Below the pieces are notes generated by a model. The model ran no database searches and was not told the origin of the DNA. It worked only from the letters and a program-made list of their open reading frames with translations. A stretch of 64,000 nt of DNA, taken from Tubiluchus corallicola. Its lineage: Eukaryota > Animalia > Priapulida. This document shows positions 47,653 to 60,108 of this stretch, in pieces; the first letter of the stretch is position 1; each line of letters opens with the position of its first letter. The translations under genes and the position numbers were made by a program. Location: assembly GCA_030141605.1 (NCBI GenBank), contig JAQGDQ010000794.1:1-64000 (forward strand), written 5' to 3'.

Positions 47653-50600
47653 ATCCAAATGAATGTGACGCTGCAAGTCCTACACACGACTGTGACCCTC
47701 TCTTTGCAAACTGCATAAACACTGATGGAAGTTTCACCTGTGGGACAGTGTATTGATGGGACAGTTGATGTCAGTGCACCAAGTGCTACAGGAACTAAGT
47801 GCTCAGGTAAAGCTACACCTGAATGCAGCTAAGCAGTTAATTACACATAGATTACATGAATATTAGCTGATAATTAAGATTCTCTAAAAATTCCAACATG
47901 TGGATGTGAATAAACATGATGCAAGTACTTCAATTAATGATTATGATCCTATTCTTGCCAACACCACAAACAACTGATTGCATAAGAATATTACAGTAAG
48001 ATTCGCTGTGAGTTCACCAAATGCTACAGCAACTATTTGTGCAGAAAAATGCAGATAAAACGTTAACTTTAGATTATATGAGCACTAGCTTAAAATTTAC
48101 GATTTTTTGTAAATTGTATTTTTTCAGATCTGAGCGAATGCGATGTTAGCAACCCAATTCATGACTGTGATCCAATCCTTGCAAACTGCACAAATACTAA
48201 TGGAAGTTTTATATGTCAGTGTATTGATGGGACATTTGATGTGAGTGGACCAAATGCTACAGGAACTTCCTGCTCAGGTACAGCAAGCAAAACTAAATGG
48301 CCGCGCTTGAAACAGCTAAAAAGGCTTAAAGGCTGATAATTTACTAAAGTTTTAGAAAATTCTTTCTTACAAATGTAAATGAATATGATACAAGTAATCG
48401 AATTTATGACTGTGATTCTATTTTTGCCAACACCACAAACACGATGGAAGCTTTACACATAAGACTATTTGCAGAAAGATGTGCTGTGAATGTGTAATGG
48501 AATTATTGATTTGGGTAGAGTAAATGCAATGGGGAACTACTTGCTTAGGTGACGCAAAAGCTTGTTTTACTGTTTATGGACTAGAAAACACAATTCGCGA
48601 TAATGAACCACAAAAACCACATAAGTGTTAGAATTACCTGAAGGTATATGCAGACTTGAAAGGGGTCATAGTAAAACTTGATAAATGCATACTGTATAGA
48701 AACATTGTACAGGTGTCATAATTATCCACCACGAATTAGTTCTATCTGTTGAAATACAAAGTGTTAAGAGATCAAAACAAACTCGTTCAAGCTTTGGTTG
48801 GTAAAAGAATCAAAATTCGTAGGTATGTGTCAGTTGCTGTTATACTGTGTAAGACAAAAAATGCATAGCTTTTAGCACATGTTCAATATAACAGTTTTTT
48901 TTTGTTTGACTAAGATATAAATGAATGTGATGCTGCAAGCCCTACACACGACTGTGACCTTCTCTTTGCAAACTGCATAAACACTGATGGAAGTTTCACC
49001 TGTGAATGTATTGATGGGACAGTTGACGTGAGTGCACCAAATGCTACAGGAACTCAGTGCTCAGGTAAGCTACACCTGAATGCAGTTAAGCAGTTAATTA
49101 CACATAGATTACATGAATATTAGCTGATAATTAAGATTCTCTAAAAATTCAAACATGTGGATGCGAATAAACATGATGCAAGTACTTCAATTAATGATTA
49201 TGATCCCATTCTTGCCAACACCACAAACAACTGATGGCATAAGAATATTACAGTAAGGTTCGCTGTGAGTTCACCAAATGCTACAGCAACTATTTGCGCA
49301 GAAAAATGCAGATAAAACGTTAACTTTAGATTATATGAGCACTAGCTTAAAATTTATGATTTTTTGTAAATTGTATTTTTTCAGATCTGAACGAATGCGA
49401 TGTTAGTAACCCAATTCATGACTGTGATCCAATCCTGGCAAACTGCACAAATACTAATGGAAGTTTTATTTGTCAGTGTATTGATGGGACATTTGATGTG
49501 AGTGGACCAAATGCTACAGGAGCTTCCTGCTCAGGTACAGCAAATAAAACTAAATAGCCTCACTTGAAACAGCTAAAGAGGCTTAAAGGCTGATAATTTG
49601 CCAAATTTTTAGAAAATTCTTTCTTACAAATGTAAATGAATATGATACAAGTAATCCAATTTATGACTGTGATTTTATTTTTGCCAACACCACAAACACG
49701 ATGGAAGCTTTACACATAAGACTATTTGCAGAAAGATGTGCTGTGAATGTGTAATGGAATTATTGATTTGGGTAGAGTAAATGCAATGGGGAACCACTTG
49801 CTTAGGTGACGCAAAAGCTTGTTTTACTGTTTATGGACTAGAAAACACAATTCACGATAATGAACCACAAAAAACAGATAAGTGTTAGAATTACCTGAAG
49901 CTATATGCAGACTTGAAAGTGATCATAGTAAAACTTGATAAATGCATACTGTACAGAAATATTGTACATGTGTCATAATTATGCACCACGAACTAGTTTT
50001 ATCTGTAGAAATACAAAGTGTTAAGAGATCAAAACAAACTTGTTCAAGCTTTGGTTGATAAAAGAATCAAAATTCGTAGGTATGTGTCAGTTGCTGTTAT
50101 ACTGTGTAAGACAAAAAATGCATAGCTTATAGCATATGTTCAAGATAACAGTTCTGTTTTGTTTGACTAAGATATAAATGAATGTGATGCTGCAAGTCCT
50201 ACACACGACTGTGACCCTCTCTTTGCAAACTGCATGAATACTGATGGAAGTTTCACCTGTGAGTGTATTGATGGGACAGTTGACGTGAGTGCACCAAATG
50301 CTACAGGAACTCAGTGCTCAGGTAAGCTACACCTGAATGCAGTTAAGCAGTTAATTACATATAGATTACATGAATATTAGTTGATAATTAAGATTCTCTA
50401 AAAATTCAAACATGTGGATGCGAATAAACATGATGCAAGTACTTCAATTAATGATTATGATCCCATTCTTGCCAACACCACAAACAACAGATGGCATAAG
50501 AATATTACAGTAAGGTTCGCTGTGAGTTCACCAAATGCTACAGCAACTATTTGTGCAGAAAAATGCAGATAAAACGTTAACTTTAGATTATATGAGCCCT

Positions 50601-53600
50601 AGCTTAAAATTTACGATTTTTTGTAAATTGTATTTTTTCAGATCTGAACGAATGCGATGTTAGTAACCCAATTCATGACTGTGATCCAATCCTGGCAAAC
50701 TGCACAAATACTAATGGAAGTTTTATTTGTCAGTGTATTGATGGGACATTTGATGTGAGTGGACCAAATGCTACAGGAACTTCCTGCTCAGGTACAGCAA
50801 GCAAAACTAAATGGCCGCGCTTGAAACAGCTAAAAAGGCTTAAAGGCTGATAATTTACTAAAGTTTTAGAAAATTCTTTCTTGCAAATGTAAATGAATAT
50901 GATACAAGTAATCGAATTTATGACTGTGATTCTATTTTTGCCAACACCACAAACACGATGGAAGCTTTACACATAAGACTATTTGCAGAAAGATGTGCTG
51001 TGAATGTGTAATGGAATAATTGATTTGGGTAGAGTAAATGCAATGGGGAACTACTTGCTTAGGAGACGCAAAAGCCTGTTTTAGTGTTTATGGATTAGAA
51101 AACACAATTTATGATAATGAACCACAAAAAACAGATAAGTGTCAGAATAACCTGAAGCTATACGCAGACATGAAAGTGATCATAGTAAAACTTGAAAAAT
51201 GCATACTGTACAGAAATATTGTACAGGTGTCATAATTATGCACCACGAACTAGTTTTATCTGTAGAAATACAAAGTGTTAAGAGATCAAAACAAACTTGT
51301 TCAAGCTTTGGTTGATAAAAGAATCAAAATTCGTAGGTATGTGTCAGTTGCTGTAATACTTTGTGTAACAAAAACAATGCATAGCTTTTAGCATATGTTC
51401 AATATAACAGTTCTGTTTTGTTTGACTAAGATATAAATGAATGTGATGCTGCAAGCCCTACACACGACTGTGACCCTCTCTTTGCAAACTGCACAAACAC
51501 TGATGGAAGTTTCACCTGTGAGTGTATTGATGGGACAGTTGCTGTGAGTGCACCAAATGCTACAGGAACTAAGTGCTCAGGTAAAGCTATACCTGAATGC
51601 AGCTAAGCTGTTAATTACACATAGATTACATGAATATTAGCTGATAATTAAGATTCTCTAAAAATTCAAACATGTGGATGCGAATAAACATGATGCAAGT
51701 ACTTCAATTAATGATTATGATCCCATTCTTGCCAACACCACAAACAACTGATGGCATAAGAATATTACAGTAAGGTTCGCTGTGAGTTCACCAAATGTTA
51801 CAGCAACTATTTGCGCAGAAAAATGCAGATAAAACGTTAACTTTAGATTATATGAGCACTAGCTTAAAATTTATGATTTTTTGTAAATTGTATTTTTTCA
51901 GATCTGAACGAATGCGATGTTAGTAACCCAGTTCATGACTGTGATCCAATCCTTGCAAACTGCACAAATACTAATGGAAGTTTTCTATGTCAGTGTATTG
52001 ATGGGACATTTGATGTGAGTGGACCAAATGCTACAGGAACTTCCTGCTCAGGTACAACAAATAAAACTAAATAGCCTCGCTTGAAACAGCTAAAGAGGCT
52101 TAAAGGCTGATAACTTACTAAATTTTTAGAAAATTCTTTCTTACAAATGTAAATGAATATGATACAAGTAATCCAATTTATGACTGTGATTTTATTTTTG
52201 CCAACACCACAAACACGATGGAAGCTTTACACATAAGACTATTTGCAGAAAGATGTGCTGTGAATGTGTAATGGAATTATTGATTTGGGTAGAGTAAATG
52301 CAATGGGGAACTACTTCTTAGGTGACGCAAAAGCCTGTTTTAGTGTTTATGGACTAGAAAACACAATTTATGATAATGAACCACAAAAAACAGATAAGTG
52401 TCAGAATAACCTGAAGCTATACCCAGACATGAAAGTGATCATAGTGAAACTTGATAAATGCATACTGTACAGAAATATTGTACAGGTGTCATAATTATGC
52501 ACCACGAACTAGTTTTATCTGTAGAAATACAAAGTGTTAAGAGATCAAAACAAACTTGTTCAAGCTTTGGTTGATAAAAGAATCAAAATTCGTAGGTATG
52601 TGTCAGTTGCTGTGATACTTTGTGTAACAAAAAAAATGCATAGCTTTTAGCATATGTTCAAGATAACAGTTCTGTTTTGTTTGACTAAGATATAAATGAA
52701 TGTGATGCTGCAAGTCCTACACACGACTGTGACCCTCTCTTTGCAAACTGCATGAATACTGATGGAAGTTTCACCTGTGAGTGTATTGATGGGACAGTTG
52801 ACGTGAGTGCACCAAATGCTACAGGAACTCAGTGCTCAGGTAAGCTACACCTGAATGCAGTTAAGCAGTTAATTACATATAGATTACATGAATATTAGTT
52901 GATAATTAAGATTCTCTAAAAATTCAAACATGTGGATGCGAATAAACATGATGCAAGTACTTCAATTAATGATTATGATCCCATTCTTGCCAACACCACA
53001 AACAACAGATGGCATAAGAATATTACAGTAAGGTTCGCTGTGAGTTCACCAAATGCTACAGCAACTATTTGTGCAGAAAAATGCAGATAAAACGTTAACT
53101 TTAGATTATATGAGCCCTAGCTTAAAATTTACGATTTTTTGTAAATTGTATTTTTTCAGATCTGAACGAATGCGATGTTAGTAAGCCAGTTCATGACTGT
53201 GATCCAATCCTTGCAAACTGCACAAATACTAATGGAAGTTTTATATGTCAGGGTATTGATGGGACATTTGATGTGAGTGGACCAAATGCTACAGGAACTT
53301 CCTGCTCAGGTACAGCAAGCAAAACTAAATGGCCGCGCTTGAAACAGCTAAAAAGGCTTAAAGGCTGATAATTTACTAAAGTTTTAGAAAATTCTTTCTT
53401 GCAAATGTAAATGAATATGATACAAGTAATCGAATTTATGACTGTGATTCTATTTTTGCCAACACCACAAACACGATGGAAGCTTTACACATAAGACTAT
53501 TTGCAGAAAGATGTGCTGTGAATGTGTAATGGAATTATTGATTTGGGTAGAGTAAATGCAATGGGGAACTAGTTGCTTAGGTGACGCAAAAGCTTGTTTT

Positions 53601-56600
53601 ACTGTTTATGGACTAGAAAACACAATTCGCGATAATGAACCCCAAAAAACAGATAAGTGTCAGAATAACCTGAAGCTATACGCAGACATGAAAGTGATCA
53701 TAGTAAAACTTGATAAATGCATACTGTACAGAAATATTGTACAGGTGTCATAATTATGCACCACGAACTAGTTTTATCTGTAGAAATACAAAGTGTTAAG
53801 AGATCAAAACAAACTTGTTCAAGCTTTGGTTGATAAAAGAATCAAAATTCGTAGGTATGTGTCAGTTGCTGTAATACTTTGTGTAACAAAAAAATGCATA
53901 GCTTTTAGCATATGTTCAATATAACAGTTCTGTTTTGCTTGACTAAGATATAAATGAATGTGATGCTGCAAGCCCTACACACGACTGTGACCCTCTCTTT
54001 GCAAACTGCATGAACACTGATGGAAGTTTCACCTGTGAGTGTATTGATGGGACAGTTGACGTGAGTGCACCAAATGCTACAGGAACTCAGTGCTCAGGTA
54101 AGCTACACCTGAATGCAGTTAAGCAGTTAATTACACATAGATTACATGAATATTAGCTGATAATTAAGATTCTCTAAAAATTCAAACATGTGGATGTGAA
54201 TAAACATGATGCAAGTACTTCAATTAATGATTATGATCCCATTCTTACCAACACCACAAACAACTGATGGCATAAGAATATTACAGTAAGGTTCGCTGTG
54301 AGTTCACCAAATGCTACAGCAACTATTTGCTCAGAAAAATGCAGATAAAACGTTAACTTTAGATTATATGAGCACTAGCTTAAAATTTATGATTTTTTGT
54401 AAATTGTATTTTTTCAGATCTGAACGAATGCGATGTTAGTAACCCAGTTCATGACTGTGATCCAATCCTTGCAAACTGCACAAATACTAATGGAAGTTTT
54501 ATATGTCAGGGTATTGATGGGACATTTGATGTGAGTGGACCAAATGCTACAGGAACTTCCTGCTCAGGTACAGCAAGCAAAACTAAATAGCCGCGCTTGA
54601 AACAGCTAAAAAGGCTTAAAGGCTGATAATTTACTAAAGTTTTAGAAAATTCTTTCTTGCAAATGTAAATGAATATGATACAAGTAATCGAATTTATGAC
54701 TGTGATTCTATTTTTGCCAACACCACAAACACGATGGAAGCTTTACACATAAGACTATTTGCAGAAAGATGTGCTGTGAATGTGTAATGGAATTATTGAT
54801 TTGGGTAGAGTAAATGCAATGGGGAACTACTTGCTTAGGAGACGCAAAAGCCTGTTTTAGTGTTTATGGATTAGAAAACACAATTTATGATAATGAACCA
54901 CAAAAAACAGATAAGTGTCAGAATAACCTGAAGCTATACGCAGACATGAAAGTGATCATAGTAAAACTTGATAAATGCATACTGTACAGAAATATTGTAC
55001 AGGTGTCATAATTATGCACCACGAACTAGTTTTATCTGTAGAAATACAAAGTGTTAAGAGATCAAAACAAACTTGTTCAAGCTTTGGTTGATAAAAGAAT
55101 CAAAATTCGTAGGTATGTGTCAGTTGCTGTAATACTTTGTGTAACAAAAAAATGCATAGCTTTTAGCATATGTTCAATATAACAGTTCTGTTTTGCTTGA
55201 CTAAGATATAAATGAATGTGATGCTGCAAGCCCTACACACGACTGTGACCCTCTCTTTGCAAACTGCACAAACACTGATGGAAGTTTCACCTGTGAGTGT
55301 ATTGATGGGACAGTTGCTGTGAGTGCACCAAATGCTACAGGAACTAAGTGCTCAGGTAAAGCTATACCTGAATGCAGCTAAGCTGTTAATTACACATAGA
55401 TTACATGAATATTAGCTGATAATTAAGATTCTCTAAAAATTCCAACATGTGGACGTGGATAAACATGATGCAAGTACTTCAATTAATGATTACAATCCTA
55501 TTCTTGCCAACACCACAAACAACTGATGGCATAAGAATATTACAGTAAGATTCGCTGTGAGTTCACCAAATGCTACAGCAACTATTTGCTCAGAAAAATG
55601 CAGATAAAAACATTAACTTTAGATTATATGAGTACTAGCTTAAAATTTACGATTTTTTGTAAATTGTATTTTTTCAGATCTGAACGAATGCGATGTTAGT
55701 AACCCAGTTCATGACTGTGATCCAATCCTTGCAGACTGCACAAATACTAATGGAAGTTTTATATGTCAGTGTATTGATGGGACATTTGATGTGAGTGGAC
55801 CAAATGCTACAGGAACTTCCTGCCCAGGTACAGCAAATAAAACTAAATAGCCTCGCTTGAAACAGCTAAAGAGGCTCAAAGGCTGATAATTTACTAATTT
55901 TTAGAAAATTCTTTCTTGCAAATATAAATGAATATGATTGCCAACACCACAACCACTGATGGAAGCTTTACACATAAGACTATTTGAAGAAAGATGTGCT
56001 GTGAATGTGTAATGGAATCATTGATTTGGGTAGAGTAAATGCAATGGGGAACTACTTGCTTAGGTGACGCAAAAGCTTGTTTTACTGTCTATGGACTAGA
56101 AAACACAATTCACGATAATGAACCACAAAAACAGATAAATGTTAGAATTACCTGAAGCTATACGCAGACTTGAAAGGGGTCATAGTAAAACTTGATAAAT
56201 GAATACTATACAGAAATATTGTACAGGTGTCATAATTATGCACCACGAATTAGTTCTATCTGTTAAAAAACAAAGTGCTAAGAGATCAAAATAAAACTCG
56301 TGCAAGCTTTGGTTGGTAAAAGAATCATAATTCGTTGGTATGTGTCAGTTGGTGTGATACTTTGTGTAAATACAAAAAAATGCATCGCTTATAGCACATG
56401 TTCAAGATAACAGTTCTGTTTTGTTTTACTAAGATATAAATGAATGTGATGCTGCAAGCCCTACACACGACTGTGACCCTCTCTTTGCAAACTGCACAAA
56501 CACTGATGGAAGTTTCACCTGTGAGTGTATTGATGGGACAGTTGCTGTGAGTGCACCAAATGCTACAGAAACCAAGTTCTCAGGTAAAGCTATACCTGAA

Positions 56601-57843
56601 TGCAGCTAAGCTGTTAATTACACATAGATTACATGAATATTAGCTGATAATTAAGATTCTCTAAAAATTCCAACATGTGGACGTGGATAAACATGATGCA
56701 AGTACTTCAATTAATGATTCCAATCCTATTCTTGCCAACACCACAAACAACTGATGGCATAAGAATATTACAGTAAGATTCGCTGTGAGTTCACCAAATG
56801 CTACAGCAACTATTTGCTCAGAAAAATGCAGAAAAAACATTAACTTTAAATTATATGAGTACTAGCTTAAAATTTACGATTTTTTGTAAATTGTATTTTT
56901 TCAGATCTGAACGAATGCGATGTTAGTAACCCAATTCATGACTGTGATCCAATCCTTGCAAACTGCACAAATACTAATGGAAGTTTTATATGTCGGTGTA
57001 TTGATGGGACATTAGATGTGAGTGGACCAAATGCTACAGGAACTTCCTGCTCAGGTACAGCAAATAAAACTAAATAGCCTCACTTGAAACAGCTAAAGAG
57101 GCTTAAAGGCTGATAATTTGCCAAATTTTTAGAAAATTCTTTCTTACAAATGTAAATGAATATGATACAAGTAATCCAATTTATGACTGTGATTTTATTT
57201 TTGCCAACACCACAAACACGATGGAAGCTTTACACATAAGACTATTTGCAGAAAGATGTGCTGTGAATGTGTAATGGAATTATTGATTTGGGTAGAGTAA
57301 ATGCAATGGGGAACTACTTGCTTGGGTGACGCAAAAGCTTGTTTTACTGTTTATAGACTAGAAAACACAATTCATGATAATGAACCACAAAAAAACAGAT
57401 AAGTGTTAGAATTACCTGAAGCTATACGCAGACTTGAAAGGGGTCATAGTAAAACTTGATAAATGCATACTGTATAGAAACATTGTACATGTGTCATAAT
57501 TATGCACCATGAACTAGTTTTATCTGTTGAAATACAAAGTGTTAAGAGATCAAAACAAACTTGTTCAAGCTTTGGTTGGTAAAAGAATCAAAATTCGTAG
57601 GTATGTGTCAGTTGCTGTGATACTTTGTGTAACAAAAAAATGCATAGCTTTTAGCACATGTTCAATATAACAGTTCTGTTTTGTTTGACTAAGATATAAA
57701 TGAATGTGATGCTACAAGCCCTACACACGACTGTGACCCTCTCTTTGCAAACTGCATAAACACAGATGGAAGTTTCACATGTGAGTGTATTGATGGGACA
57801 GTTGATGTGAGTGCAACAAATGCTACAGGAACTGAGTGCTCAG
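47653..57843 (+). repeat. ~1.26-kb higher-order tandem array (8 full units plus one extra exon) carrying 17 cbEGF exons
   Basis: 150-bp phase 1-1 exons. Type A (DINECDAASPTHDCDPLFANCxNTDGSFTCECIDGTVDVSAPNATGTxCS) starts at 47653 (154 bp, frameshifted), 48915, 50172, 51431, 52690, 53948, 55206, 56434 and 57694. Type B (DLNECDVSNPIHDCDPILANCTNTNGSFICQCIDGTFDVSGPNATGTSCS) starts at 48128, 49385, 50642, 51902, 53160, 54418, 55678 and 56905. Introns are nearly identical between units. Confidence 0.95.
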
Positions 57844-58999
57844 GTAATGCTTAGATTACATACACAAATGTGTTACATTTTGTTTACAATAATTTTGTTT
57901 ACAATAATCTAAAACTCACGTTTGCAATAGAAGTAATTGTCATAATGATGTAGATGATAATGATGTCGAAACAATTCACTATTAATTTTTGGAAAATTGC
58001 AGGTATTTTTGTCATTCAAGTACTAAGTGTTTTGGCAATTTAATTGAAAGTGTTCAAGGTGTTTTTTGCAGAAACTATCTTAGTTATTTTGTCAGATGAA
58101 GAGAACCATGCACAAACATCAGCAACATTACTTAGATTACTTTGCTTAAATTCAAGAAACTAATTTCCATTTTTCCCAGTTTCTCAACAGCTTTTGTATT
58201 CATATCAATTTTTTGAAACCCAAAACATGAAATCCAAACCACCTTCTTAAATTGACCACGGTAAGTGACTTTTTTGTTGCTTTATATTTGTTGGATGATG
58301 CCAAGTCCTAATATGGGCATGCATGCGTATCAAAGGATGCTACCAAGTATTGATAGTTAAATATGTCATCAAGCTGTTTTTAAATTAACTAAATCATAGA
58401 ACGTTTTAAACAACTCTGTAAATGCTTTTACTTCTGAAATGCTAGTGCATAGAAAAATAGCCAGCGTAGTCTTGCAGGAATGCAGCTAGCCTTTGGGAGC
58501 ATGTAGGCCCATTCCTCACCTCTAAATGTCTTCTATGCATGAAACCGTTCATCCGTATGTTTGTTTTTTCCATTCATTTCCTATCCACATAAGTTGACTT
58601 CTTGTATCGAATTGAAACCTAATGATGGTAAAGAGACAATATTAGTAGAAACATCAGTTGGTAATTGACTTAATGAAAAGGTAAGTGATCTAACTGCAAT
58701 ATTCCTTAAGTCTCTGCGAAGAGCACTCCTAAAATCCAAAATCACTTTCCAGTTTCATCGCCATCCTTTATACGACTACCGCGCACATTCAAACCAGTCA
58801 CTAAATGATTAACTGATAACAAAAGGGGTGTTCATCCACTGCTAGGTAACTCTTGTGGCGGCTGACAATACTGCTGAGATGCTGCGCTATGTACCGGGGG
58901 TGAGAGAGCCTTCTACATTCTGAAAAACTAAGTATGTCAATGTCTAGCAAAATATCTAAAAAAATTCACTTGTATGTTGTCCTACTTTTGACTTGCTTG

Positions 59000-59140
59000 C
59001 GGTGATTGCTTGCAGCACCCATGGTAATTGCTTGCAGCATTCATGGTGATTGCTTGCAGCACCCATGGCAATTGCTTGCAGCATCCATGGTGATTGCTTG
59101 CAGCATCCATGGTGATTGCTTGCAGCACCAATGGTGATTT
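59000..59140. repeat. 22-bp tandem repeat, ~6 copies
   Basis: Unit ggtgattgcttgcagcacccat. Confidence 0.9.
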
Positions 59141-60108
59141 AACGTGTCTTGGCAGTTTTGCAGCATTTTAGGTAATGTCGAACAAAATTTGTAACCGGAA
59201 CCTATCCTAATGAATATTCGGGTTGCAAAATGCAGCGCGAAGTTAACGTGTTTGACACCCCTCTGAATAGGGCAAACCTGTTCAGAAGTCGCTTTGCCAT
59301 GATCGTTGTTAATTAGGTGTTACATATTTTTGCACAACATAGTTTTCCTGTAAACTCCTTAATATATATCTCTGTTAATTTGGTTGGAATGTGTAGGAGA
59401 GTGTGAACGTATGCGTGTGACCACTGCTACTAGACACTACTAGACAGCAATCTTCGCTGTGACATTGAGACAAAATGAGAATTCGTTTGCATTTCTTCAC
59501 GTAGTTGGCGTTGACGCCAATTTCACGCACGCGCCGTAGTTTCGCCACCGCGCCACGTTTAAAATGTGTTTGCGACAAATTATTTACCTTTTTTGTGAAA
59601 GTTTTGCTTTTCTTCGAGAAAGAAACATGAAGACTTGATGGCAAACGGTAAGCAAATTTATTTCCGACTTTTTGACACGCAAGCGCTCCATAAATACGAA
59701 CAGTATGGGCGTTTCGGTACTGATAATATTTTTTATCATTAATTATTATTAATTATTTATTATCGTAGTCTAATAATATATTTTATCATTAAAGTTTGTC
59801 TCTGAGTTAAATTATTCTGACTGTTAATACGTGCCTGACCAGATGTGTTTACCTGAAAGTCAGGATGTAGTTAATTTGTTTTGCATGCTATCTATCCAGG
59901 AGGCAGGCAGGAACAGTTAACAAAGCAGCTCGTTGAGTAGCATTAGCGTCTTTCCAAAAAAGACTGTTAGTTAACATAATCTAGTCTTGTTATATTGTTG
60001 ATATTGTATACTGTTATTTTATACTGATATATTCTATTGACTGTTGCTTTTCAGAAAGTTTATATTCAAGTTGTTTCATTTTTCTCGAGGTTTCCATTTT
60101 CAGAGAAA

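Larger units (their letters stand above)
34197..57843 (+). pseudogene. Signal peptide + 3 C-type lectin domains + at least 17 calcium-binding EGF repeats; partly disrupted gene, 3' end not seen in window
   Basis: Signal exon 34197-34272 (MYNYMLSVTLGIFLIWTKVFASFTP). CTLD1, intact: 36218-36392 (CPDGFEW...YCYKF...EAYYICKQYGASLATV), 37839-37990 (WWLAI...HWDDG...WEP), 39319-39489 (DIMDEFCIV...WRKNVC...VVCEY). CTLD2: 39845-~40090 (decayed, stops), 41238-41368 (AWVGL), 42249-42365 (YAVCE). CTLD3: 43161-43371, 43752-43938, 46739-47028 (NKCAEL..., split by a MITE, LPTVYE*). EGF exons follow from 47653 to 57843. Splice phases of the intact exons are consistent. Confidence 0.8.

Noticed and set aside
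51038-55011. Recurrent MQWGTTCLGDAKAC... ORFs
   Set aside because: Intronic parts of the 1.26-kb repeat overlapping a decayed EGF exon; interrupted by stops in other units.
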